From: Camelus ferus
Taxonomy: Eukaryota
Assembly (NCBI RefSeq): GCF_009834535.1
Contig: NC_045697.1
Location: forward strand, 111,354,001 to 111,418,000
Length of the DNA: 64,000 nt
Direction of reading: 5' to 3'
Below are positions 12,238 through 24,062 of the stretch, piece by piece (position 1 is the first letter of the stretch; the number at the start of each line of letters is the position of its first letter). Position numbers and translations under genes: made by a program. The notes beneath the pieces are model-generated. The model did no database searches and had not been told where the DNA came from. It was given only the letters and a program-made list of their open reading frames with translations.

Positions 12238-15200
12238 GTATATATCACTTCTTTATCCAGTCATCTGATGAACATTTAGGTTGTTTCCATGTCTTAGCTA
12301 TTCTGAATAGTGCTGCTGTGAACACTGGGGTGCAGGTGTCTTTCTGAATTACAGTTTTCTCCTGATATATGCCCAGGAGTGGGATTGTTGGATCAAATGG
12401 TAAGTTTATTTTTAGTTTTTTAAGGAACCTCCATACTGTCCTCCATAGTGGCTGCACCAATTTACTTTCCTACCAACAGTATAGGCGAGTTCCTTTTTCT
12501 CTAACCCTCTCTAGCATTTATCATTTGTAGACTTTTAAATGATGGCCATTCTGACTGGTGTGAGGTAATATCTCTTTGTAGTTTTGATTTGCATTTCTCT
12601 AACAATTAGTGATGTAGAGCATCTTTTCATGTGCTTGATGGCCATCTGGATGTCTTCTTTGGAGAGATGTCTGTTTAGGTCTTCTGCCCATGTTTCAATT
12701 AGGTTGCTTTTTTTTTTTAAGCTGTACAAGTTGTTTGTATATTTTGGAAATTAGTCCCTTGTTGGTCACATCATTTGCAAATATTTTCTCCCATTCTGTA
12801 GGCTGTGTTTTCATTTTGTTTATAGTTTCCTTATCTGTGCCAAAGCTTTTAAGTTTAATTAGATCCCATTTGTTTATTTTTGCTTTTATTTCCATTACTG
12901 TAGGAGCTGGTTTGAAAAAATATTGCTGTGATTTATGTCAAAGAGTGTTCTGCCTGTGTTTTCCTCTAGAAGTTTTATAGTATACAGTCTTACATTTAAG
13001 TCTTTAATCCACTTTGAGTTTATTTTTGTACACGGTGTTAGAGAATGTTCTGATTTCAGTCTTTTACAGGTAGCTGTCCAGTTTTCCCATCACCCCTTGT
13101 TGAAGGGACTGTCTTTCCTCTATTGTACATGCTTGCCTCCTTTGTCATAGATTAATTGACCATAAGTGCGTGGGTTTATTTATGGATATTCTATCCTGTT
13201 CCATATTGATCTATGTGTCTGTTTTTGTGACAATACCATAAAGTTTTGATTACTGTAGCTTTGTAGTATAGTCTGAAGTCAGGGAGCGTGATTCCCCCAG
13301 CTCCATTCTTCTTTTTCAAGACTGTTTTGGCTATTTGGGGTCTTTTGTATTTTCATACAAATTTTAACTTTTTTTTTGTTCCAGGTCTGTGAAAAATGTC
13401 ATTGGTAATTTGACAGCCGTTCCATTGAATCTGTATATTGCCTTGATAGTATGGTCATTTTGACAATATTGATTTTTCCAATCCAGGAACACAAGATATC
13501 TTTCAAACTGTTTATGCCATCTTCAATTTCTTTCATCAGAGTCTTATGGTTTTTGGAGTACAGGTCCTTTGCCTCCTTGGGTAGGTATTTTATTCTTTTT
13601 GGTATGATGGTAAAAGGGATTGTTTCCTTAATTCTTTGTCTGCTATTTTTTCCTAGTGTATAGAAGCGTAACAGATTTCTGTATATTAATTTTGTATCCT
13701 TTAACGTTACCAAATTTACTGATGAGCTCTAGGAGTTTTCTGGTCAATTCTTTAGGGTTTTCTATGTATAGTATCATGTCATCCATCAACAGTGACAGTT
13801 TGACTTCTTTTCTGATTTGTATTCCCTTTATTTATCTTCTCTGATTGCTATGTCTAGGACTTCCAAAACTATGTTGAATAAAAGTGGTTAGAGTGGGCAT
13901 CCTTGTCTTGTCCCTGACCTTAGAGGAAATGCTTTCAGGTTTTCACCATTAAGTATGACGTTAGCTGTGGGTTTGTCATATGCAGCCTTCATTATGTTGA
14001 AGTATATTCCCTCTATGCCCACCTTCTGCGGAGTTTTTATCCCAAATCGATGTTGAATTTTATAAAAAGCTTTTCCTGCATCTACTGAGATGATAATATG
14101 GTTTTTATTCTTCCATTTGTTAATGTGCTGTATCACATTGATTGATTTGCAGATATTGAAAAATCCTTGCATCCCTGAGATAAATTCCATTTGATCATGG
14201 TGTATGATCGTTTTAACGCATTGTTGGAGTCGGTTTGCTACTATTTTGTTGAGGATTTTTGCATGTATGTTCATCAGTGATATTGGCCTGTGATTTTCCC
14301 TTTTTGTGATATCTTTGTCTGGTTTTGGTATCAGGATGATGGTGCCCTCATAGAACGAGTTTGGAAGTATTCCTTCCTCTGCAATTTTTTGGAATAGTTT
14401 CAGAAGGAAAGGTGTTAACTCTTCTCTAAATGTTTGGTAGAATTCACCTGTGAAGCCATCTGGTCCTGGACTTTTGTTTGTTGGGGGTTTTAAACTTCCT
14501 GATTCAATTTCAGTACTGGTAATTTGTCTGTACACATTTTCTGTTTCTTCCTGGTCCAATCTTGGCAGATGATGACTTTCTAAGAATTTGACCATTTCTT
14601 CTAGGTTATCTATTTTATTGGCATATAGTTGATCATAGTAGCCTCTTATGATCCTTTGTATTCCTGTGATGTCAGTTGTAACTTTTCCTTTTTCATTTCT
14701 GATTTTATTGATTTGGTCCCTCCTGCCCCCCTTTTCTGACGAATCTGGCTAAAGGTTTATCAATTTAGTTTACGTTTTCAAAGAACCTGCTTTTAGTTTC
14801 ATTGATCTTTTCTATTGATTTTTTTCAGTCTCTATTTCATTTATTTCTGCTCTAATCTTTTTGATTTCTTCTACTGACTTTGGGGTTTGTTAGTTCTTCT
14901 TTATCCAGTTGCTTTAGGTATAAGGTTAGGTTGTTTATTTGAGATTTTTCTTATTTCCTGAGGTAGGCTGGTATCACTATAAAATTCCCTCTTAGAGCTG
15001 CTTTTGCTGCATCCCAGAGGTTTTGGATCATTGTGTTTTCATTTTCATTTGTCTCAAAGTATTTTTTGACTTCCTCTTTGATTTCTTCAGTGATCCATTG
15101 GTGGTTTAGTAACATATTGTTTACTCCACATGTTTACTCCATATTGCAAACTCCAAGTGTTTACAGTTTTTGCAGGGTTTTTTTGTTTGTTTGTTTTTGG

Positions 15201-16106
15201 TAGTTGATTCCTATCCCTCAGCATTGTGGTTGGAAAAGATGCTTGGTACGATTTCAATTTTCTTAAATTTACTGAGGCAGAGGCTTGTTTTGTGGGACAA
15301 CTTGTGATCGATTCTGAAAAATGTTTCACATGCACTTGAGAAGAATGTGTATTCTGTTGCTTTTGGATGGAATGCTCTATGGATATCAATTAAGTCCATC
15401 TGGTGTCATTTAGGGACTGTATTTCCTTATTGATTTTCTGTCTGGATGATCTGTCCATTGATGTAAGTGGGGTGTTATGGTCCCCCACTATTATAATGTT
15501 ATTGTTGATTTCTTTTTATGTTTTACATCTATTAACAATTGCCTTATATATTGAGGTGCTCCCATGTTGGGTGCATATATATTTACAATTCTTCTATCTT
15601 CTTGGATTGATCACTTGAGAGTTATGTAGTGTCCTTCTTTGTCTCTTGTAGCAGTCTTTATTTTAAAATCTATTTTGTCTGATATAAGTATTGCTACTCC
15701 AGCTTTCTTTTGGTTTCTGTTTGCATGGAATATTTTTTTCTATCCCCTCACTTTCAGCCTCCATATGTCTCTAGCTCTGAAGTGGGTCTCTTGTAGACAG
15801 CATATAAATGGGTCTTGTTTTTGTATCCATTCAGCCAGTCTATGTCTTTTGGTTGGAACATTTCATCCATCTACATTTGAGGTAATTATTGATACATATG
15901 TTCTTATTGCCATTTTGTTCACTGTTTGGTTTATTTTTAGGTCTTTTTTTTTTCTCTCTCTTTCTTCTTTTTGTTCTCTATTCTTGTGGTTTGATGGCTG
16001 TAGAGTTACATTGGTTTGTGGTTACCATAAGGTTGTGGTATAGAAATCTATAAATATAAATGATTGTTTTAAGTTGCTGATCTTTTAATTTCAAATGCAT
16101 TTTAGA
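11893..16106 (-). mobile_element. Artiodactyl/camelid L1, about 4.2 kb, ORF2 nearly complete but frameshifted; 3' terminus missing
   Basis: ORF 13888-14595 ([16 protein letters not shown]...RPISLMN...[11 protein letters not shown] domain) and ORF2 C-terminal fragments; (TG)n(TA)n at about 12162-12245. Confidence 0.95.
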
Positions 16107-16290
16107 TGCCCATTTTTAATAGGGTTGTTTATTTTCTTGTTGCTGAACTTTTTTGGATACTAGTCTTTGGTTATAGTTGTGTTTCGCAAAGATCTTCTCC
16201 CAGTCTGTGGCTTATCTTTTCAGTTCTTAAAAGTACCCTTCCAGAACAGAATGCTGGTGTTAATGGATTTTCTCTGTAATCTCCAAACAG

Positions 16291-16400
16291 AGCAGCATTT
16301 TGCAGACATCGTGCTCAGTGAGGAATTTCTCAACCTCGACATTGAGCAAGTGTGCAGCTTAATCTCGAGCGACAAATTTACCATTTCCTCAGGAGAGAAG
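16291..16400 (+). pseudogene. KLHL2: Orphan KLHL2 (kelch-like 2/Mayven) BACK-domain exon copy, 110 nt, with flanking splice sites
   Basis: cag|AG CAG CAT TTT...GAG AAG|gtgaga translates as (E)QHFADIVLSEEFLNLDIEQVCSLISSDKFTISSGEK, versus recalled KLHL2 EQHFADVVLSEEFLNLGIEQVCSLISSDKLTISSEEK. No other KLHL2 exon was found in the window. Confidence 0.9.
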
Positions 16401-17249
16401 GTGAGAGTAGTTTTCTTTTCGCAGTGTACAGTGACACCGTATTTTTCCTTTCTTTTGCTTTGTTTTGTAACTTTGTGATCCTGTATGTGTAGTGACAGCC
16501 AGTGATCTTTGAGCTGGAAGTTGAGAAACGCAGCCAGTTGACTAGTCGGTTGTGTAAATGACTGTGTGTCCTCACTCCTGAGGAGCTTCCTGAAATCGTC
16601 AGACACTGGGGTTTTGTACTTGACCCACAGCAGGAGCCTGCAAATATTAAACAGTCTGAAACAGGGGCCTTTGGGGAACTGGCATTCTCCCCACAGCTAG
16701 ACACCTGAAAGAATTGTTATGTAAACACAATGTTCTCAAGCCAAGTGATTTCACCACCTTGTGAGTTGGAAGAAGTCACCCAGGGTGGCCAAGTTTAGCT
16801 ACTCCAGACTGAGCCTCTTCCTTTAGATTTAGCCCTTGAGGCTCACATCCCACCCTTCCCAGGCTTCTCTCCCCTTCAGAGCCTGTGCAGCTGCTTCGTC
16901 TGGTTGGGGCCTCTGTCTCTCTGCACCTGAGGTTGCCTTTGTCAGCCACCCGATCACTGGAGAGAGAAGCTTCTCTTCGTGGGTTTATTCTTTCAGTAGG
17001 TTTTGTAGCCTGTGGAAATCAGGGCACAGAAGCTTATGAACACGCTGCATTTGGAGGAAGTGAAACGAGTTTTTCCTTTGTATGTCTTGCATTTAAAATT
17101 GTATAAACTTTAGCTCTCTTCCCCAAGGATATTCATCCTGCTTGGGGGCAATAAGACACATTTCCTCTAATAGTTTTCATAAGAAAAATTATGGGAAAGT
17201 GTTTGGGAGATGTACAATCTTAGCATCCTAGAAATACAGAGGAGAGGAA

Positions 17250-17770
17250 GACACTACTATTTGTATTTAATGGACACACTTTGAGTGCCTACTGTGTGGC
17301 AGACACTGTCGTGGAGTGCTAGATATGAGAAGATTAACAAAATAAAATTCTTTACTCATGACTAGAGGAACAGCCAGTGAGGTAACAGATGATCACAGAC
17401 TGCTGTGGGGCCCAGTAGGAGCATTTAATCATTCCTGGGATAGAGATGGGAGGTCAGCGCGGCTCAGATGTGTGATGCAAGTTTTTAAAAGAGAATATGA
17501 GTTTGCCAGCAAAATAGGGGTGGGTAAGAATCAGAAGGGCAGTCCAGGCAGAGAGAACAGAATATGTAAGTGTAAAAGGTGTGAGAGAATGAGTGCATTC
17601 AGTTGGTTCGGTGAGATTAGAGTTCAGACCGTGTTGGCAGAGTGGTAGGAGATAAAATGGGAAGATGACATAAGGTACCTTCTCAGCCACATCAAAGAAA
17701 GTTGATTTTATCCCAGTGATGATGAGGCTGTGACAGGAGGAGGATGGCATGATGATAGCTGCACTGTGGA
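17250..17770 (-). mobile_element. L2 LINE fragment
   Basis: ttgagtgcctactgtgtggcagacactg...ccaggcagagagaacagaatatgtaag, typical antisense L2 text. Confidence 0.65.
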
Positions 17771-17784
17771 AATGTCACAGAAGC

Positions 17785-18360
17785 TGTTCTGGTTTTCTCC
17801 TGCTGTGTAACAACCATCCCAAAATGTAGAGACACGAAATAACCATATTATTATGCTCACGATACATGGGCAGGATTCACACAGGGCACATGGGGACAGC
17901 TTGTCTCTGCTCCCCAGTGCCCAGAGCTGCAGCTGGGCTGGCTTGAAAGGCTGGAGACATGGCTATGGTGTGGTTCTCCTGGAGCATATATCTGAGGCAT
18001 CAGTCCTTCTGCACATGGTGTCTTGTGTGCCTGGAACATCCAGGGTGGTCCCTTCACTCGCTTGTCTGGCTCCTGGGCTGGGGCTGGTTGGCATCTCTCT
18101 CCCTTTCCCTCTCCCCTTCCTCTCTGTGACTAGCTTGGGTCTCTTTATAGCTTGTCATCTCCAGTAATCAGCCTTCTTACATGACTTCTGGCTTCCCCCA
18201 AATGAGCATTTCAAGAGACCAGAGAGAAAGCTGAAAGGTGTCTTATGACCCAGCTTCAGAAGCCCCACAGCGCCGCCTCCACCACCACCTGTGGGCTACC
18301 CAAGGCCGGCTCCCACTCCCTGGGGGCGGGCACTCGTAAGGTGTGGAGACCACAGAGGTG
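17785..18360 (-). mobile_element. MLT1-type MaLR LTR
   Basis: tgctgtgtaacaaccatcccaaaa...atgctcac...gcaggattca...cagcttgtctctgctcc...ttatgacccagcttcagaag. Confidence 0.7.
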
Positions 18361-19229
18361 TTTAGTAAGGACCGTTTCTGGAGAGTGGCTACCAAGTAGT
18401 TCTGTGCAGAGTGGACCAAAAGTGGGGCGAGGGTCAGACAAGAGGACACTGGAGTTACCAGAGAGCACAGGATCTGATGTAGGGTGGTAGAAACAGGAGT
18501 GGAGAAGAGGGCAGAGCTGAGAAGCAGTGAGGAGCCGGGACTGAGAGGACCCTCTGTCTCTAGCATCTGGCATATAGACATACTCAAGTGTTGACTGAAT
18601 TAATTAAAGAGGCATGTTAATTATAGTGTAGACAATTTTTTTAGTTTCTTGCTCTACTCCTGCATCAAAATTTCTCCTAGTTATCCATTTATGTATCATC
18701 AAACATTTTCTACAACCCTTTAAAGATTATTGGGTTATATATTCATCAGTCTGGAAAGAAATACTCCATATTAGCTTATTAGCTTTCCCATAGTTATATG
18801 CTGTAATGCCCTTAGAATCTAGATTTTTTAATTCAAAATATTACATTTAGTACATTCTACTATTGTGACAAGAGTTAATCTAGTCTATAGACCCTCAATT
18901 TAGAAGTATCTGGTCCAACATTTGTTTGTATGTTTCCTGAGGAAAAAGCCAAAAATGAGTTGTTGTTAAGAGTGCATGATTTTCTTTCCAGATATCACTT
19001 TGTTTTATTATCTTGGGTGCTTTATTCAAAAGGGACTTGAGATTTTAATCTAAGTAAGTAGAGCCAAATTCAGTTTGGAAAGATTGTCAACAGCAAATTA
19101 GATCATACATCATCAGATCATCACTGCTACCATTAAAGTTCAGGAAGATTAGATAATGTACTTGGTGAAATGCTTAGTGAATACAAGTGAAAAGTACTAA
19201 TTACATAAAAGTACTTATTAAAGTACCTA

Positions 19230-19935
19230 CCAAATTAAAAGTAGATCTATCATATGATCCAGCAATCCCACTTCTGGATGTATATCCAGAGGAAATACAA
19301 GCAGAATCCTGAAGAGATACCTGCATTCTCGTGTTTGCTGCAGCGTTTTTCACAGTAGCCAAGATGTGGAGGCAACTGAGTGTCCATCAGTGGATGAAAG
19401 GATAGAGGAGAAGTGGTATATATATGCCATGGGATGTTATTCAGCCATAAAAAGAAGAAAACCTTCCATTGTGACAACATGGATAGACCTTGAGGGCATT
19501 ATGCTATGTGAAATTAGTCAGAGAAACACACATACTGTGTGATCTCACTTGTATGCAGACTCTAAATAAGTAGAACTCATAGAAACAGAGTAGAGTGGTG
19601 GTTACCAGGCGCTGGGGGTGGGGGAATTGAAGGGATGTCAGTCAAAGGGTACCATCTTCTAGTTATAAGATGAGTAAGTTCTAGACATGTAATGTACAGC
19701 ATGGTGACTACAGTTAACAATACTGTATTACATACTCGAAAGTTGCTGAGGGTAGATCATTAATGTTCTCACCACAAAACAAGAAAAATGTCTATTATTT
19801 CAGGTGAGAGATGTATTACCCACCTTACTGTGGTCATCACTTTGCAATACATACATGTTTCAAATCACTATATTGTACACCTTAAACTTACACAATGTTA
19901 TATGTTAATTAATTTCAATAAAGTTGGAAAAAATA
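19230..19935 (+). mobile_element. L1MA-type 3' end
   Basis: catatgatccagcaatcccacttctgg...ttgtacaccttaaacttacacaatgttatatg...tttcaataaagttggaaaaaa. Confidence 0.85.
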
Positions 19936-20416
19936 ATAAAATCGTTAAAATGATAAATAAATACTACTAAAAAGTTTTAAAAAGAAGACAACAGGGTAAA
20001 AGACTGATCATTGCTGGCCTCCTAGTGAATGTGTGTTCCCTTAAGCCTATCTTTCTATCAACGAAGAGCTTGGAGATCATGTAAGATGTAAGGTATGTTA
20101 TGTAAGCTGATCTGACACACTCTTCTGTTCCTTAAGTCCAACCAGGACCACAGTGTACTTCTGACAGACTGGGTGTCTTGATATCATACTATGTATTAAT
20201 TCAACAATCACTGACTATCTTAGGTATAAGACATAATGATAATAATACTTCAAATTGCACCAAAGAGAAGATCTGAATCCAGAATAATTTCAATTTGAAC
20301 CTAATCTAAATGATTAGTGGATGCTGTTGGTGCCTATAGGATCGCTTTCACTGAGCTCGGACACCCTTCCCCAAACTGCTATGAGTGTTGGCTGTTTAGA
20401 GAGAAAAACAAAAATG

Positions 20417-22793
20417 AAAACACAATGAGGCACAGAGAAAGGAGTTTTAAGAGAGAAGTTTATAGTAATACATGCTTACCTCAGGAAACAAGAAAAATCT
20501 CAAATAAATAACCTAACCTTACAAAGTTAGTAGAGGGTAAGAAATCGTATCACAGCAGAAATAAATTCGACAGTGACTTTAAAAAAAAAACAACAGAAAA
20601 GATCAATGAAACTAAAAGCCTGTTCTTTAAAAAGATAAAATTGATAAACCTTTCGCCAGATTCATCAAAAAAGGGGGGCGGGAGGGACCAAATCAATAAA
20701 ATCAGAAATGAAAAAGGAAAAGTTACAACTGACATCACAGGAATACAAAGGATCATAAGAGGCTACTATGAACAACTATATGCCAATAAAATAGATAACC
20801 TAGAAGAAATGGACAAATTCTTAGGAAGTCATAATCACCAAGATTGGACCAGGAAGAAACAGAAAATGTGTACAGACAAATTAGGAGCACTGAAATTGAA
20901 TCAGGAATTCTAAAACTCCCAACAAACAAAGTCCAGGACCAGATGGCTTCACAGGTGAATTCTACCAAACATTTAGAGAAGAGTTAACACCTTTCCTTCT
21001 GAAACTATTCCAAAAAATTGCAGAGGAAGGAATACTTCCAAACTCGTTCTATGAGGGCACCATCATCCTGATACCAAAACCAGACAAAGATATCACAAAA
21101 AGGGAAAGTCACAGGCCAGTATCACTGATGAACATACATGCAAAAATCCTCAATAAAATTCTAGCAAACCGACTCCAACAATACACTAAAAGGATCATAC
21201 ATGAGGATCAAATGAGATTTATCTCAGGGATGCAAGGATTTTTCAATATCTACAAATCAATCAAAGTAATACAGTAATCAAAACAGTATGGCACTGTTAT
21301 AAAAACAGACACATAGGTAAATAGAACAGAATAAGAGCTCAGAAACAAACCCATGTACTTACGGCCAACTAATGTATGACAAAGGAGGTAAGAATACATA
21401 ATATTGAAAAGATTGTCTTTTCTCTGAGCGGAGCTGGGGAAAATTGGACAGCTACATGTAAAAGAATGAAATTGGAACATTTTCTAATACCATATACAAA
21501 AATAAACTCAAAATGGATTAAAGAGCTAAATGTAAGGCCTGAAACCAATAAAACTCCTAGAAGGAAACATAGACAGAACAATCTTTGACATAAGTTGTAG
21601 CAATATTTTTTTGGATCTGCCACCTCAGGCAAAGGAAACAAAAGCAAAAATAAACAAGTGGGATCTAATTAAACCTAAAAGTTTTGCACAGCAAAGGAAA
21701 CCACTGACAAAGCAAAAAGACAACTTACAGAATGGGAAAAAATATTTTCAAATGATATGACTGATAAGGGGCTAATATCCAAAATATATAAATAGCTTAA
21801 ACAACTCAACATCAAAAACCCAAGCACCTCAATTAAAAAATGGGCAGAAGACCTGAAAAGACATTTTTCCAAAGAAGAAATACAGATGGCCAACAGGCAA
21901 ATGAAAAAATGCTCAACATCATTAATCATCATAGAAATGCAAATGAAAACCACAAGGAGGTATCACCTCACTATCATCAGAAAGAACACAAATAACCAAC
22001 GATGGCAACAATGTGGAGGAAAGGGAACCCTCCTACAGTGTTGGTGGGAATGTAAATTGGTAAAGTGGTGTAGCTACTATGAAAACAGTATGGAGGTTTC
22101 TCAAAAACCTAAAAATAGAACTACCATGTGACCCAGCAATTTGGCTATATTTCCTTGGTATATAGCCAAAAAACAAAAACAAAAACACTAATTCAAAAAG
22201 ACACAGGCACCCTAATATCCCTAGCAGCATTATTTACAATTGCCAAGACGTGGAAGCAACCTAAGTGTCCAACAACAGATAAATTGATTAAGAAGATGTG
22301 GTGTATGTATGTGTATGTGTGTGTATACATACATATATATATATATATAATGGAATACTACTCAGTTATAAAAAGGAATAAAAATTTGCCATTTGCAACA
22401 ACATGGATGGACTTGGAGAGTATTAACCTCAGTGAAATAAGTTAGAGAAAGACAAACACTGTATGATATCAGTTATACGTGGAATCTAAAAAATAAAACA
22501 AACCAGTGGATATAGCAAAAAAGAAAACAGACTCATGGATATAGAGAACAAACTAGTGGTTACCAGTGGGCAGAGGGACAAGGGAAGGGGCAAGATAGGG
22601 GTAGGTAATTAGGAGGTACAAACTACTATGTATAAAATAAATGAGCTACAAGGATATATTGCATAGCACAGAATATAGCCCACATTTTATAATACCCATA
22701 AATTCAGAACAACTTTTAAAAATTATGAACCACCATGTTGTGTACCTGTAACATATAATGCTGTACATCAACTATACCTCAATTTTTAAAAAA
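20417..22793 (+). mobile_element. Artiodactyl L1 (ORF2 with an internal deletion at about 21262, plus 3' end)
   Basis: ORF2 text [43 protein letters not shown]. It jumps from the start of RT (caaatcaatcaa) to post-RT sequence (acagtaatcaaaacagtatgg) and ends at caactatacctcaatttttaaaaaa. Confidence 0.92.
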
Positions 22794-23699
22794 CAGAATA
22801 GATATATATCATAAAGAAAAAAATCAGGAATAATATTTTTCTCAGGGCCTAATTCAACAACAACAACAATAAAAGCAAATTAAATAAATTAATCCTATAA
22901 TTAGCTACTGCTGCTACTGTCCTAACTAATCCTTCTTTTCACTTCCAGGTGAACCATAAAAAATTGCTCTTAGGCAGAGGGGAAAAATACATATCAACAT
23001 CTTGACACTTCATTCTTCATCCTTGGTAGAGGTGATACCACACAGCTGTAAATGGTCGAGGCAACCAGAAAAATGAGAACTCTCTGCAAAATCCACACAG
23101 GAACAGAGAGCCAGGAGGGCTGCCTTGGTGGCTAGAGACGCCCCCTCCAGCTGTGCTGCGCGTGGGCTTTTGCCTTTTCAGAACTGATAAAAGGTGCAGA
23201 GCGTCCTGATCTACCATTAGCGCTTACCGCCGTAGTGAATACAAAATAAATATTCCGCATCATGTAGTCCCCATTATCCTACCATTAAACAAGCACAAAA
23301 AGGTATTGGACCAAGGTATGCTAAAGTCCAAAGTCTGCCGTCTAAAATACACCTTTACCTGCAGGCAAAGCATGACTAACACGCAATCAGGATGCTTCAT
23401 TATTCTCTAAGGCCAGAATTTGAAAAGTAGGGTAATTAACGATGTTCGATTTACAGTTTCCCAGTGGACGTCTTCAGTTCGTTTCCTATAGCTCTTCAGC
23501 TAGCATCTTGATTTTTAAAAATCAACAACAACAAAAAACCCGTAGACAGCAATCATTCATGCTGACTAATTTTAATGAATGAACTACAGGTTCAGTCTAT
23601 TTCTTAATAACTGAGGAGGACTGAAGTCTCTCTAAATATAAATGGTAATTATTTTAAAGCCGCTAATCACATCCTCAAGAAAGCGAAACGGAGTCTCAC

Positions 23700-23882
23700 C
23701 GCCAGGCACGCTGTACCACGCGGCGCCATTGGTGGTTCCCTCCACGAAGCTGCTGTCGTCATCATTCTTGCGACACGGGGGCCGGTCCGGGTCCGACATC
23801 GGGGGGTTAAAGGACGAGTACGCCCGCGCCAGGCTCTGGAAGATGTCGTCATCAGGGCAGGAGCTATACTCATGGGCACTGC
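23700..23882 (-). CDS. CPE: Carboxypeptidase E, exon 5 (183 nt)
   Basis: (G)[60 protein letters not shown](G). ctag acceptor, gtgaga donor, phase 1/1. Confidence 0.98.
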
Positions 23883-23904
23883 CTAGAAATAATAAACCCA
23901 CAAG

Positions 23905-24062
23905 CTGAAGATCTAACCTGTTCTCAGAAACAACATTTAGTACATATATGTAAACTTTAAAAAAAAAAAAAGTGCAGTATACAGTATATATGTATTTATA
24001 TGCAATATATTGTGTATGTAGAGTCAAACTATAATAAAAAAAATTTTAATAAAGAAAAAGAA
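23905..24062 (+). other. About 158-bp AT-rich insertion with an A-rich tail and a 14-bp TSD
   Basis: Perfect direct repeat aataaacccacaag at 23891-23904 and 24063-24076; ends in aataaagaaaaagaa. Confidence 0.75.

Noticed and set aside
13888..14595. 235-aa reverse transcriptase-like ORF
   Set aside because: A fragment of a frameshifted L1 ORF2, not an independent gene or an active element.
16167..16478. 103-aa ORF as an intact KLHL gene
   Set aside because: Only 16291-16400 is KLHL2-like; the flanks are L1 relic and intron, and no other exons are present.
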